Part shown: positions 23,481-38,221 of the stretch, piece by piece
Position numbering within the stretch: the stretch's first letter is position 1
Layout of the letters: every line of letters begins with the position of its first letter
Origin: Octopus vulgaris
Lineage: Eukaryota
Assembly: GCA_951406725.2 (NCBI GenBank)
Contig: OX597817.1
Location: 73,780,001 to 73,844,000, forward strand
Direction of reading: 5' to 3'
Length of the DNA: 64,000 bases
Notes under the pieces: model-generated
The model's input: only the letters and a program-made list of their open reading frames with translations
The model's database searches: none
Told to the model about the DNA's origin: nothing
Translations under genes and position numbers: made by a program

Positions 23481-23924
23481 ATCGATGAACAGACTGACAG
23501 ACAGATGTATTAAGACATTATACTGTCTAGTATTTAATGTCTAATATAGTTTAGGAGGGGAAAGTCGGTACGAAAGGATGACTAAACAAATGTTAGCCGA
23601 CCTTTTATCAAAAGCGAGTCATATGCTTTAGAAGTCTTATGTTTAGATTAACGCCAGTAAGTTACTCGTTTGTACTCTACACATTTTTGTGTGTGACTAG
23701 TGCCATGTTGCGCCCATATAACGTGTACACGTGACTGTATGCGCGGAGTAGGTGTATTTATAGCATGAGTTTGAATGCGTGTGAGTGTGTGCCTAAACTT
23801 GTGTCAGGCTTAGAATGGTGCAGTTTCGTTCGTTTCTCTATGTCCCAGCATGTGCTTATATGTATGTATGTATGTATGTATGTGTGTGTATGTATGTATG
23901 TATGTATGTATGTATGTATGTATG

Positions 23925-23955
<31 letters not shown>

Positions 23956-24133
23956 GTACGTACGTACAGATGTATGTATGTATGTATGTATGTATGTATG
24001 TATGTATGTATGTATGTATGTATGTATGTATTATGTGCATGTCTGTGCGTATGTTAGGTGTGTGTATGTATATGCGAGTGTATATGGAGAAAAAGCAAAA
24101 GATTATTGAATATCAGTACACTAAAAGGCCTAG

Positions 24134-24338
24134 AGGCGGTCGAGCCGTTAACCGTGCCGGACAAAATGCTTGGTGGAATTTCGTCTGTCTTTACTTTCTG
24201 AGTTCAAATTCCGCTGAGGTTGACTTTACCTTTCAATTCTGTGTTGATAAAATAAGTACCAGTTAAGTACTGAGATCAATGTAGGTGACTTATTCCCTAC
24301 ACAGAAATTGCTGGCCTTGTGACAAAATTTAGAACCAA
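24134..24338 (+). mobile_element. Meta-type SINE
   Basis: TTCTGAGTTCAAATTCCGCTGAGGTTGACTTTACCTTTCA...GATAAAATAAGTACCAG...GAAATTGCTGGCCTTGTG. Confidence 0.75.
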
Positions 24339-24977
24339 CATGAGGTTATATCCTCTACGATAGCTTCGACGTTACCAAAAATTTACGAGTAGAATTGAAC
24401 CCAGTTCCACGTGGTTACGGAACGTCGTTGTTAACCATTCAACCATACCTGGTTTCATTATTTACTTACATCCTTTCTCTTTTCGTTCTGAATCGAAATC
24501 CTACCGATATTATCTTTGCCTATCACCTTTTTGGAGCCTAAAATAATGAGTGTTACTAAAGCACTAGTGCTGATAGCATCAACTCGAGTCGTCTCCAACA
24601 TTTCTTCGCTAGTGACTATCCTTAAATCCTTAAAAATGTCTCAGATTGAAAGCTGCGGCTATGCTGGGGTACCACCGTTGAAAAAAAATCAATAATTTAT
24701 GCTCTTGAATAGAAGATAAATGGTAAAATGTCAAAGAAAATATCTTTGTAGTTTTAGATACGACCTATTTACGTATGAGTTTAAATCGTAAACGAATTAA
24801 CTTTGCCCTACACCCTGTCAAGATTCATAAAATAAGTCCCAATGAAAATGCATCAATTCCATTACACAACTACGTTACACAGAACAGAACTGCGTAGTCC
24901 TAACCCAGTGGGGCCCATAATCCAGTAGTTTGTATACAAAAACCACACTCTCTGTTAAATCGTCGAAAAGCTTCTTA

Positions 24978-25160
24978 AGGTGGCGTATTGGCAGAATAGT
25001 AGCGTGACGAATAAAATTCCTTGCAGTTTTTAGTTAAGCATCCTGACATTTTGAGTTTAAATATCATCGGAGCTAACTTTGCCTTTTATTCTTCCCGGGG
25101 CCCATAAAATAAAGTATCACTCGAATACTGCTGCTATCTATACATTCTACTGACCCTACC
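24978..25160 (+). mobile_element. Meta-type SINE, diverged
   Basis: AGGTGGCGTATTGGCAGAAT...GAGTTTAAAT...CTTTGCCTTTTATTCTTCCCGGGG. Confidence 0.6.
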
Positions 25161-25642
25161 TCAAACCTTTTTAACTCTAACTCTGGAACTGGAATTGTTT
25201 TTATGTCTCTCTTTGAAATCGCAGTATTTGGAGTAATGAAGTTACTTGTAGTTTGTTAATGTGTCTGAAGGGATAAGGGTTATAAATATACCTGTCCTTA
25301 AACGTATTCCCTGTAATGCCACCATAACTGTTTACAGCATCGACTATAGATATTACATTCACACGGTATAAAAGCGCTTTCGTGAGTTACTATCAAAAGA
25401 AAAGCATGTAATATTACGACAGCTGCAGTGAGGCTTTGGAATATTTCTATGTATTGATCCTGACTACGACAGTAACCATATTTTCTATTATTGATCCTGG
25501 TTATAACAGTAACCATCTTCCTTGTACAACTGTAACTGACTTAGACATAATTGAAGAGTTTGCAATAAGTATGATTGTTTTGGAAGTGTTTCACATGTGT
25601 GCAGGCACATACATATATGTATATACATATACATATCTATCC

Positions 25643-25770
<128 letters not shown>

Positions 25771-25831
25771 CTATATTCATACATACATACATGCATACAT
25801 GCTTGCTCATAAACACACACACACGCACACG

Positions 25832-25872
<41 letters not shown>

Positions 25873-26390
25873 ACACATACACGAGAATGAATACATTCGA
25901 AACCATTACAAAGAACTCTTTTAAATAAGAGTGGAAAGTATGTGTTTCTGTGCATGCAGTGGTTTGTAAGTTTGCGTAGTTGGCTCCACTATATTAAATG
26001 CAGCTTTGTGCTACTGAAACAAAATAAGCAGCTTTCACCGTCAACTTTTGGTTTGTCTGGAAATGAGATGGAATTAGTTTTCAATGGAGTTGTCACTGTA
26101 TGAAGATTTTATCAATTTGGTATCGCATAATAATACATATACGTATATATGTGTGCCCATGTGCACATATGTGTGTGCGCGCGAGTGTGTGTTTGTCTGT
26201 GTATCTCTAAATATGATTATGCGTGTAACATTATATTTCATTGTGTTTACTAAGTGTGCGGTTTGTGAGAATGTTTGAGAAAAGATATGCGAAGACGGTT
26301 TGTGTTCAAGCATCTACGTTATACCTAGTTGCAAAAATAAATGTAAATATATATACAAATGTAATACACACACATACACATATACACACA

Positions 26391-26433
<43 letters not shown>

Positions 26434-26539
26434 ACAGACACACACATATACATACGCATATATATTTATATGGGAGAGAGAGAAAAAGAGAGAGAAAGTA
26501 AGAGTGTGTGAGAGAGAAAAAGTCGTAAAAAGCGCTAGA

Positions 26540-26830
26540 TAGAAAACCCTGCGTCGTTTGATCTGATACTCTATGTCCCAAGTTCATATTTTGCAAAGGT
26601 CAACTTTACCTATTAATTTTCCTGGGTCCATAAATACCGCACTTGTCCCGAGCAGTGGATTGGTGGAATTATTAGAGTGTAGGAGGGGATGCTCCTGCTC
26701 TTTGTGTTCTAACGGCAACGCTTTCGATAGTGCCAAGATATACTGGCTATTTAACCTTCCCTTGTAAAACATCAGTGGCAAGGAAAAGAGGATTTCAATG
26801 CATTACCATTCGGAAATAATAAAAAGATTG
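26540..26830 (-). pseudogene. Possible Tc1-like transposase remnant
   Basis: PLMFYKGRLNSQYILALSKALPL resembles the Tc1 L.F..G.LNS..Y..IL...LLP segment; catalytic residues are not recognisable. Confidence 0.33.
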
Positions 26831-27059
26831 AGGTGATCGTGTTACGTATTCCACTATGGTAAGTTTGCTTATGTCTGCATTTCGAATAAGGTACTTAAAC
26901 GTTTTTGTTCTACTCCAGTTTGTTTTTACTGAGAACAGTTGAACAGTTTCCAGCAAGGTAAGGTCCTGAATTATTTTTCATTGAGTCTAACCTCTAATAA
27001 AAACTAATTTCAGGGATAAGCCGGATTTTGTAAGAAGCTAGGAACATGCATCTCGATAG

Positions 27060-28030
27060 GATATCTGTTGAATGTTGGAGAAAACGTATGTTAAACAGTT
27101 TCATTGTTGAAGCGCGTTGACTATGATAAGCCGTAAAAGACTATGCACAATACGAGTTTTCCAGGTCATTTGGTCGATCGGGCTCCAGCTTGCACAGAAA
27201 TGGATAATTATGACTAATTGATTACAGCATGCGCGTCATAAAGTGCTGCGTGCTGTCACCTGTTTGGTGCAGCATATATGGGAAAATATTGGTTAGAATG
27301 ATCCTGTAAGTGTATGTCAGTAGTGTCTCAATCAGCAAAAGCTGAATCAATACTAAGAAATACACCAATGTATTATTATCTGTTAGTGAAATGCTGAGTA
27401 TGTAGTATTCTGGGTCATCGGCCAAGATATGAAGTTGGTCAGAAGATATAAATACCTGGGTGTCTATGTATAGCGACTGTCACAAAAACAACGAAAACCT
27501 CTGAAAATTGAGTATGGGTCGCTCAGCAAAGAATGAGCTGACCAAATTTTGACTAAAGTCTCACAACACATTTTTACTAGTGAAGACATTAATTTTCTCA
27601 GTGGCCTTGTACGGCCGCGAGGTATGTCTGTTAGGCATAAAGACTGAGCAACAGCGCCAATCAGCAGCTTTGATTTATGTAATAGCGCCGTATGCAGCGG
27701 AGCCTGTGAACAGCCTGCAAAACTGACACATACGTTCTAGATTAAACGGATAACTTACCCATCTCGCTTAACACTTTGCACAAGTGAAAACTTACATACT
27801 TTGGTTATACTTACTATCATTCACTTGACATTTTTGAGCAACCTGTTACATTTGCTACTCTACCAGTTAACTGTTGGGGAGGAAGACTGGTTGGCTACGG
27901 GTTGATGACATGGAATAGTGGTTGAGTAAACAACCTAGAGACTACCTACTGAAAACTGCCCCAAACTGATCACATTAGTGAACACGTGACACGGAAGTTA
28001 CTAGGGGTGGTTTGTGGAACCGATGGCACA
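27060..28030 (+). pseudogene. Decayed RTE-clade LINE (RT C-terminal region)
   Basis: YKYLG (~27448), LLVKTLIFSVALYGREV (~27574) and KLTYFG (~27788) occur in RTE order, with many stops. Confidence 0.65.
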
Positions 28031-29649
28031 AAAAAGAAGAGTTATATTGTCCAATGGGTCCTTCATTTCTGTGAGATGGTAGGGAGTGATTTGAAATTAT
28101 TTGACCGTTATTTCTAAAGTATCGAGCGACTCCGTAGAGGTTTCTTTGTTGACATATTTGAATGAAGAGGATCAGTGACTACAGCTTTTACAAGCTTTCT
28201 CAGGATGTTGACCTCGATACGGTTAACATTCAGTTTGTACATCTAGAGGTAGATGTATGTCGAATATATCGTCATCGGTGGGGATTCGTCCGAGAAAGTT
28301 GAAGTTCTCAGAAAGTAAAATAAGGAGTTTACTTTGAGACTCACAAAGTGAAAGCCAGCAAGTGTAACTAGAGAAAAAGCGGGTTTCTCAGGTATACTAG
28401 AGGGTGAGGAGAATACGCGTAGATGGCAAATGCCATAGAAGATAGAGAGAGGAAAAAACAAAGAGGGTGTGTGAGAGAGGCTAAAGTATTTTTGTGATTG
28501 AATATTTATTAATTTTTGTATGTATGTACTGTACATACAAGAGTGTATTCTGTACACGTACGCATACACGTGAGTGTGTGCGTTTGTTTGTAACATATGT
28601 GAGAAAGCGTCTAAGTGCGAAATAGCCACTTTTATGTGATATGTAATGTTTCAGAAAGAATACATACAGGTATAAGCACATATACAGAAATAGAAGCATA
28701 TATACATACATTCACACTTACATGTATATACACACATTTATGTGTGCAAAAATTTCATAATTTGCAGAAAAAAATGTGTCTGTCTATCTCATTTTTTAAA
28801 GCAGTCATTTACGAAATATCTAGTCATATATTTGATGCACCTTTTTATATAATCGTCAGGATGTGTGTGTATGTATGTGTTTGCGTGTGTGTGCGTATGT
28901 GTGTGTTTAAGCATATGCACACTCACGATGACACACATACATTAAATACACAGAAACATTCATACACACTCCGCCACGCACATACACTCACACCCACATA
29001 CACACACATATACATGTATATGTCATATAGACGCATGCATACACACATGCATATATATAATATACTGACGTATACAGGAAAACGATAGACACACAGACAT
29101 AGATATTAATAAAAGAGCTTCCGTATGAGAGACAACGACCAGAAAGCGTGACTGACAGAAAAAAAGTTGAAGACGGGGAAAAAGAAAAGCGTGCAATAAA
29201 TTTGGTAGTGACTTAAAATATTGCTTATGTCAGGAGATAGTGTTGTTTTAAGATGGCTGATAGTTGTGCTAATAGGATTTGACTGGGATATGGCTGCTGT
29301 TTCTTGTAAGTCAAGCGATGACTGAGAGGTTTGCTAGTGTCTTAATTGATGTTTTGTAGCTCTAGATCAGCCCTGATTGAGCAGTGCTATCGCACGCAGT
29401 TATTAGGGCGAATAAGGAAACGTGTTCTACTGATTTATTTTCTCAATTACCATATCTTCGCCTCACTGAGGATCATTCTGCACTCTTCGATATATATCTA
29501 GTGATGTATGGAGTGTGAAATGAGAATCTTGATATATTATATTCTGTCCACCGTCCAATCTATTATTGTAACGCTTTTGGCCCAGAAAAAACGGTAGTCA
29601 TAGCGAAGTCGAGCATAGTGGAAGAGGTCAGAGCGTGACACTTGCCATC

Positions 29650-29938
29650 CTTCTGCATTAGCGTCGTCTCCTAATATAGCAATCATCTCAGCATGAATGT
29701 CGTTGGGAGCTAAACCCTTTTCCTGCAAGTACTTGATAACGCCACGATGCCAAATTTTGTCCAATTTCAAGAGAAGCAACTAGTTATTTCTGAAGCCTGT
29801 TTTGAACACTCAGATATCAGTTTACCTGAAAAGAAACAATGCAGTTATTAGTAAGTGTTGAAATTAATGCATGCAATATTTCACAGCTCTAACATCTCTC
29901 CTTCATAGTCAGCCTTTGAACTTTTAGGCCCACCCTCG
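29650..29938 (-). mobile_element. mariner-like transposon left end (TIR + N-terminal HTH)
   Basis: Minus strand TA|CGAGGGTGGGCCTAAAAGTTC terminus, then DKIWHRGVIKYLQEKGLAPNDIHAEMIAILGDDA. Confidence 0.78.
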
Positions 29939-30367
29939 TATTATTAGCGATATATGTCCCACTCAGTATTTGGAGCCAGTGAGGCTATTGACGCTAGAGC
30001 TAAACTCAGCTGGATTGAGTGGGTGAGTTGAGAAACACTGATTTGAGAATGCTGCTTTCGTAAGTACTCTGGAATGTTGTATATACCCCTGGGTGGTTGG
30101 AAGTGGTTCCTCGTGTAGTTACAATGGCTGTGTGGCTGAAGCATGCTGGGGCAACAAACTGTGCACCTCACGTGTCCGGGTGGTCTTTTCATTTTAGTAT
30201 ATTTGTTTTGTTGTATAGGTGACGTATGTACTACTTGCTATGATGCATATTATGTATTTTTGTACAAATTTTTAGTTGATTGTGATTTGTTGAAGAGAGA
30301 CTGGCCGTCCAGTTAGAACTAGTACAGTTCCTGATGCATCTAATGTATTGATTGTACACTATTTTTG

Positions 30368-30572
30368 TTTCATATTTTGGCACAAGGGCAGCCATTTTAA
30401 AGGGAGAGGACAAGTCAATTACAGCAACTCCATTGCTCAACTGATACTAATTTTAGCAACTCCGAAAGGATGAAAGGCAAAGTCGACTTCGGTGAAATTT
30501 GAACTCGGAACGTAAAGACAGACGAAATGCCACTAAGCAATTTGTCCCATGTGCTAACCATTCTGCCAGCTC
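30368..30572 (-). mobile_element. Meta-type SINE
   Basis: CCGAAAGGATGAAAGGCAAAGTCGACTTCGGTGAAATTTGAACTC...CTGCCAGCTC is the reverse complement of the family sequence. Confidence 0.8.
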
Positions 30573-31481
30573 AGAATTTTAATTGCTTGTATGCCTTCGT
30601 AGTTGTTTCTTTCTGTTGGCCAAATAAGGTCCCAGTGATTGTTCTAAGTATGTTTGAGCGTCGTTTTGCTTTCCTTACTGATTTTTATGTGTGTTGTGAA
30701 TGGTGCGAAGTTGTAACTCTTAGTAGTTTTGCCTTTGATGTTTGTTGGTATGTTCTAGTTGTTAAATCAAGTAGCATCAACACGTGGTCATTCAACTTGC
30801 TACCCAAATCTTTCTCAAATATTATCCTACTATACTAAAAGCGTTGCTGTTATACTTAGCCATTTTGTTTTGTTTCTTATTGAGATTGTTATTGCAGTTT
30901 TTATAAAAGTTTTATACTTTAGAAACTTGTTGTTTCGCTTTTTCTTATTTTTATGAATATAGTTTTGTGCTTGCTATTGAGAATTTTGTGTTTTTTCTTT
31001 TGCTTTCTTCGGTATTTTATTTTATTTTTGTAGAATATTTCATTGAGTTTCATTTCATGTTTTACTTTGCTTTTTATTCTTCTTTCAATGTTTATTGTTG
31101 CTGATGTGGCTGAATTCTTTAACCTGGTATAATATGTTAGTTAAAGGTGTTGGCGTTTGACAGAAGTGTAAAGAAGACGTCCCCTTGGAATATTTCCCTT
31201 TAATAAAGAAAATGATAATTCCCTACCTCTTTTTCTTTTCTCTTCGCTATCTGAATAATTGTTTACTCTTTATTTTCTTGAAGTGTTCGATATATCTACT
31301 TATTATTCATGTTACCTCCTTCCCTACTTCTCCATCATTACTATCAGCAGCAACAGCAACAACATCAGAATAAAGACTAACACTTTACAATATCAATGAT
31401 AACAGGATACGTGTAGTATGAACGCGGGACACTCGGGGCTACACAAGAAAAGAATCGCTCTCTCTCGCTCTCTCTCTCTCG

Positions 31482-31552
<71 letters not shown>

Positions 31553-32842
31553 TCATTTTCACCATTATTATTAAAATCAACATTATTATCATCTTTTACA
31601 TCATTGTCTTCATTTTCAACAGCACCTGATCATACCTCATCGTAATCTTCAGCACCATCTCTATCGATACTACGTCTGACACAATCATCATCATCGTCAT
31701 TATCAACAACAACAACAATAGCGACAACTTCAAGTTCTATACTAATAGCATTTTCACCCACATCAAAACCAAACCAAAAGATATGCATCATAGTTGAGCA
31801 GTAAGGCAATATCAGGCTCCTAGACGAGACAAATATCGGACAACTGTTGGATTTGGGTTGACAATTGACATATGCAAAATAATTTTTTCGAACGCTTTTG
31901 TCTGAAGCAATACATGAAGTTGTCATGCTGCTATTTTTTTTTTTACTGCATCAGCAAATGAGAAGAAGGATGTGTGGAATCTTCAAGCACAAGCAGACTT
32001 TGGTGTGACTCTATCGAACATCCACGTCTATCAGTCTTTCTGTAGAAGCATAAATAAATATAAATACATCTGTAACTTGAAAACCATTTACCTTAAAATG
32101 TTAACTATTTTGTTACGATACTATACTTCCGACTATACTTATTATTATTTTTTGTATTAGTGGAAAATAGCTCCAGCTCAAATCAGGTTACCAGGAATTT
32201 TATCATTCCCGTCTACAATGCTAAACTAGACGCGATAAAGTGCTAAATAAAGTGCTTTACTGTATTTCGGCAAGATGGTGAGTCAGAGTAACAGAGGAAT
32301 ATTTTGCAACTCGTGGGAATGTATTAATTCATCTCTATCTATCTCTCTCTCTTTCTCCACATCTACATTTCAGCATCATTTTCTACTTCTTTTTCTCATG
32401 TATATCCTTACAGCCTATTGTTTAGGCCTTTGCGTTGTTTTAATTCTGTGTTTGAAGAATGAGATTTATTCGAAACGTAGATATATATAAATTACAGTGA
32501 TATAAAGGTATTACAACAAATTGAATTGTGAAACGGCAAATCAATTCGTTGTAATTTATATATACCTACTGCTTCTACTGTATTTAGTTAAGTTCTGTTA
32601 AGCTCTTGTTTCAAATAAGTTTGAAGTAGCTTTGTTTTTCATCGTTCTGTCTCCAATACAATAAGTATTAATCATACACTGGCGTCAAATCGATTGGCTG
32701 TGCCCTCCCCTAATGATATATTTCAGTATTGCTGCTTTTATGATGCAGTGGGTAAAGGTGTTGGTAAGTAGCACAATAAAATAGATGTTGAGGTTCAATC
32801 TCTACCTGGAATTGCAAGGTACCTTTGTTAAACATTTTTGTT

Positions 32843-33018
32843 GGCGCAGGTGTGGCTGTTGGTCGGAAGTTTGCTTTCCTGCTATATGGTTCTGGGTTCA
32901 GTCTCACTGCATGGTACCTTGGACAAGCGTTTTCTACTATAGTTGGGGTCGACCAAACCCTTGTGAGTGAATTTGGTCGACGAAAACTGAAAGAAGACCG
33001 TCATATATAAGTTTATAG

Positions 33019-33086
<68 letters not shown>

Positions 33087-33306
33087 GTGTGTGCATGTGT
33101 GTGTGTATGACTTTGTGTTTGTAAGTGGTGTTAGTGTGTTTACGTCCCCGTAACTTACTGTTTCGGCAGAAAATAAAAACGATAGAATAAGTACCAAACT
33201 TAATAAAAGTTATGTCCTGGGGTAGATTTATTCGACGAAACATTCTTCAAGGCGTTGCCCCAGCATGGATGCAGTCTAATGACTGAAACAAGTAGAAGAT
33301 AAAAGA
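32843..33306 (+). mobile_element. CORE-type tRNA SINE, full length, with internal (TG)n
   Basis: GGCGCAGGTGTGGCTG..GG (A box), GGGTTCAGTC (B box), ACCTTGGACAAG (CORE-like), (TG)n, tail TACGTCCCCGTAACTTA...GACTGAAACAAGTA. Confidence 0.8.
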
Positions 33307-34771
33307 TATGTTTATATTAAAATTCAGTTCTGATGAAATGATTTTAACTTACGTTAATGCTATTTTCATGAAATACTGAACTTAAGGATGTTGGAAACCA
33401 GGATGGGGAAACCAGAATGGTCCAAATAAAACGTCTTCAATATCTAATCATGTGTCTTTACATCTTGATTTTAAATCCAAGTGGTGTCTAGTTCGTCCTT
33501 TAAATTTTCAGGTGTTAATGAAATAAGTCCAACAGAGTGATTTGGAAGTCACTAGCATCAAAACACTTCTCCTAAAGTGTGTGGCTTTATGCCAATGTAT
33601 ATTGTATGATTATAATTAGGAAATTCATAACTGTGCAGTTGCCGTAGAGAAGCAGTAATCTTGCACATTGTTGACTTTGCAACACAATTTCAATTCCTCG
33701 GAGAATTATTTCAAAACTCTTGATTGGCGTGTCAGTAATTTACATTTGTGATCAATAGCCAGCAGAGGAATGGACTCTAAACTTTATACTTAAGAAATAA
33801 AAATTTCTTTGAAATATTGTAAATAACTTTGTGGATATGATAACGGCGTCATAGCTAAATAGTTTTGAAATGCATTTCTAATCGCTCATTGGTTCTGTGA
33901 TGTATCCAGAGTAAAGTATTAAATTCTCTCCGGCCCAAGGAAATGAAAGAATCGAGGAAAGAAAAGAAAAAGAAAAAAAAGATGGTAGATGAAAACAGAA
34001 GGAATTTACCATGTAAATATAGTACAACAGCTCCAGTTAGGAGCTTAGTCTCTGTCTTTCACTCGTCCTCCTTCTCCCCTCCTCTCTCTACAGCTCATTG
34101 CAATAAGAAGATTAAATAGTGTTACTTTTCAGTACAATCTATTGACGTACATTCTCTTGATGAATAATACTACTTAAGTTGAAGCACATGAAAACAATGA
34201 CGGTGTGGTGAAGTCGGACACAAAGAACAAGCGTGCCACATGTAGTTTCGTTACACTGTAAACATAGATAAATCGGAGAGGGGTGGAGGTTGATTCCGTT
34301 GATTATTACGATATAAGTCTCATCAGCAGAGGTTGGTGGAGTGTCGTAATTCTTTAGAGATCACAAAGGTGAAGAAAGCGAGGCTCCTACACTAAATTTA
34401 TATATACATTTCCATTAAACATACAATTCATAAAATAAGCGTTGAGTTCTAGCCGTTCTGGCAAGGCCCTTCTGTTGTGTATTTTATCTTTTTATTTTCT
34501 TTTTGGAATGAGGTTAGACCGAGTCAGACCATTGATAGCTTCTCGAATTGTCATTTCTGTTTCTTTGTGGGGTTTTTTTTTGTGTGTTTGGAAACACATC
34601 AGCTCGTCCATGAACGTAGGTATTTCAGCCATGACAGTTCGATCTATTATTCAGGTAGAATGTACCGAGGGCTACATTATCCATTCATTTATGTTCATAT
34701 ATATCAGGTTGGTGCATAATCAACGACCATTTTTTCATTCTAAATTCTGTCGTAAATTAAATTATAAAACA

Positions 34772-34858
<87 letters not shown>

Positions 34859-35404
34859 CATACATACATACATACATACATACATACATACATACATACA
34901 TACATACATACATACAGAGTATTTTAATACTAATTTTTGGGTTTTGAAATAGTGTAATTCACTCATAATTAGTTACATTATTAGTTAAGTTCTATCGGGT
35001 TTGTTTTGTTTTCAAATAATAGAATATAAATGCTTTCACTTGTGTATTAATAACTATGGAAGTCTGGTGGGAATATTATCTGCATGAGCTTCAAGGGCTG
35101 GACCGCTATTTAGTTACATAATTTAGGAGTTAGTTATAGGTTTATTTATTGAGTTAATTTACTGATACTATTTTTGTACATTAAGTGTTTCTTTTTTGTA
35201 GTTTAATTAATAATGTGGTGATATATAAGGTATGTTTGCTCCCAAACAACATTTATTTTAGTGCTGCTGACACCGCCGGTTTAAATAGTACTGCCCAGGT
35301 GTCGAAACCATAGTGATATCCGTGGAGCTGCTGATGATGGAGGTATGTCGGTTTGTTGGTATGGCTATTATTGTATGTTGGAATAGTTTTGTAAGACATC
35401 CATT

Positions 35405-35467
<63 letters not shown>

Positions 35468-35470
<3 letters not shown>

Positions 35471-35618
35471 GAGTAAGAACATAAATGTGAAACAAGGTGG
35501 ATAAAAGAGTTCTTAAATACCAGAGGTAGAGTAATATATGCTTTATTTAAAAGCAGCAGAAATATAACAAAAGCTGTTACCCAGAGTTTCACATTCCCGT
35601 TCGTCGGACAGTGTTGTT
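35468..35618 (-). mobile_element. Solo PLE pLTR 3' fragment ending in (TA)n
   Basis: Hammerhead (35574-35611), then AATAAA on the minus strand (~35542-35547), then (TA)n at 35408-35467. Confidence 0.7.
35574..35611 (-). ncRNA. Minimal type-I hammerhead motif, U4C core variant
   Basis: Minus strand CTGT-CCGACGA-ACG ggaa TGT-GAAA-CTC t GGG-TA-ACAG. Confidence 0.66.
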
Positions 35619-36976
35619 AAAAAAAGAAAAAAGGGTCGATATATAAATACCAGCTGAACCTTGGAGTCGATGTAATCGACTTATACTTCTCCGGAAATTG
35701 CTGGCCTTGTGCGAAAACTTAAAATCATTATATAGTATTTTGTTCCAGTTGCACGACATTCTTTCTTTCGCATTGTTCAGTGAGAGTTCAATTTTCCTCT
35801 TCGCGGTAGAAGTTATTAATTATTTTTTAACATAAATCATAGTTTAAAAGTTCGAATCTTTTTGATGTTTGGTATTGTATATTGTATTTATGAAAATTAC
35901 TTTTCCTTTCCACTATCTGTATGAATGAAAGTTTGCATCTGATTCAATTTTCACAATTTTTTTCTTTTGTATATCGTTGCTTCATTCCTCCTCTCGCATC
36001 ACCTGCAGACACGTGTTTTGATGTGTTTGTGCCTTACATATGAATCACAATAATTATCAAATTTAAATCAAAGTTAAGTTTTTGAGTTATGTTTAGTATA
36101 GCTGTTTAGGAAAAATGAAAGAAAATAAAGGTGAGATGAGTGGAAATTTCGTCCGCTTAACTAGATGTGTTTGACAGCATTTAAAATTTGTCACCTGAGA
36201 AGTTAAATCAAAATTGGTGAAATTTTGCTTTGCATGAAAACCATCTGTTGAACGGTAGAATTACTTTTACCTGCAGCTTTGTTACCAATCAACTATCAAG
36301 GATTGTTTATTGTCAGAAATGGTGACAAACATCTTCATACCTTGAATTTGTGATTCATCTTATCGTTATTATGATAATTATAAAAGGAAGATAATACGTT
36401 TGTGGATTTATATAAAAGAACATGTTACCCGATGACACAAAATACTATATATAAATTTAGGCACAAAGCTAGCAATTTTTGAAGTGTAGGGACTAGTCGA
36501 TTACATAGAACCAGTATTCGACTGGTACTTTATTTAATCGATCACAGATGGATTAAATGCTGACAGGAACAAAGTTAGACCTGATTTTTAATCAGACATC
36601 CGAAGTATGAAGGCTTTCGCCGCATTGCTGTCTATAAACAACCTTAACCTTTTGGTCAGTTGTAGGATATGAATGCTTGGCAACATAAATTTACTGTTCA
36701 ACAGATACTGGTGTCGTCCATACCCTCATCACTAAGGAATAACTTTCTTGATGAAAGACCTTTCTATATCACCAAATCCGTTAAAATTGGTGGATGACGG
36801 TATCTTTGACCGCAGATTTATTTCATTTCATTTACCCATTATATCTATGTTTATGTGCAAAATTAATTGTCTGCGATGACTGGAATTAGAAATAAACAAT
36901 ATAGATTGGAATACTCAATCTTAGATTAATGCAGATGATAAGAGTAGACAGATTCTTATTATGAATATAACAGAGA

Positions 36977-37190
36977 AAGTGATGAGCTAGCATAATCATT
37001 ACCGCGCCGGGAAAAGTGCTTAGCGGCATTTCTTTCGACTTTATATTCTGAGTTCAAATGTTGCCGGGGTCGACTTTGTCTTTCAATATTTCGTTGTTGT
37101 TAAAGTAAGTACCAGTCGAACACTGGGGTTGAGGTAACCGACTTACCCCCTACCCCGAAATTGCTGGCTTTGTGCCAAAATTTGAAACCA
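36977..37190 (+). mobile_element. Meta-type SINE
   Basis: GAGCTAGCATAATC...TTCTGAGTTCAAAT...GTCGACTTTG...AAGTACCAG...GTGCCAAAATTTGAAACC. Confidence 0.75.
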
Positions 37191-37874
37191 TTATAAATAC
37201 AACAGAGTATACTAAAGTTTCAGTTATTCCAACTTTCATAATATAATATGTGTTAATCAATCAATAGTTAGTTTTACCCGAAATAAAAAATCTGTTCTGA
37301 TGAACATTTGAAAGAGAAATATGTCATGTGGCTGATACAAACTACTGCATGCCAATTTCGTTTTTGTTTCAAACCTGTTACATAAGATATATCAACGTAC
37401 CCTTCAGTTTTATTTCTTTGCAGTCAAGAACAAACTACTCGAAATTGAAATGATACTGCACATTTAAGACAAAAGGGTGCAACAAGTCTCAAATTGATAC
37501 GTATACGTATACCTTACGATAAATCTAAAATTTTTTAAAATGAAATAAATTATAAATATAAACGAAGCTAAAAGTCATATACTATATAAATCAGAAAATA
37601 CCGAATTTAAATGTACAGATTCAGACTGAGTAATTACCACACTGAATTTCAAAATTCATTTTAAAATTCAAGTCGAAAAAGATTCTGAAAATACAAATAA
37701 TTTTCGCATATGCCGATCTAAATCTACATTTATTTGCAGTCCTTGCATATGTCTGGCCTAAATCTACATTTATCTATACTTAATTAATGCTAACATTAAA
37801 CATACTAGGCATCGACTCTAAATAGTAATACTTATACGAGAAGAAAAGCATTTTCATTATTTAAGTATAGGACG

Positions 37875-38090
37875 CGGCGGCGAGCTGGCAGAATTGTTAG
37901 CACGCCGAGTGAAATGCTTAGCAGTATTTCGCTCGCCGCTATGTTCTGAGTTTAAATTCCGCGAGGTCAGCTTTGCTTTTCATCTTTTCGGGGTCGATAA
38001 GTTAAGTACCAGTTATATACTGAGGTAGATGTGATCGACCATCCCCACTCCTCAAATTCCAGGCCTTGTGCATATAGTAGAAAAAATTAT
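37875..38090 (+). mobile_element. Meta-type SINE
   Basis: GCGGCGAGCTGGCAGAATTGTTAGCACGCCG...TTTCATCTTTTCGGGGTCGATAA. Confidence 0.8.
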
Positions 38091-38221
38091 TTAAGTCTAG
38101 GAGACCAATGCAGTTATATTTTGCTATTACTATGCCGTTACTTGACATTTTCACACGGTATACGCTGCAATGTACTGGTCAAAATAGGAATAAAAAAATC
38201 AAAACAATAATGTACAATATT

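Noticed and set aside
37297-37325. CTGATGA...GAAA hammerhead candidate
   Set aside because: No stem II or stem I pairing.
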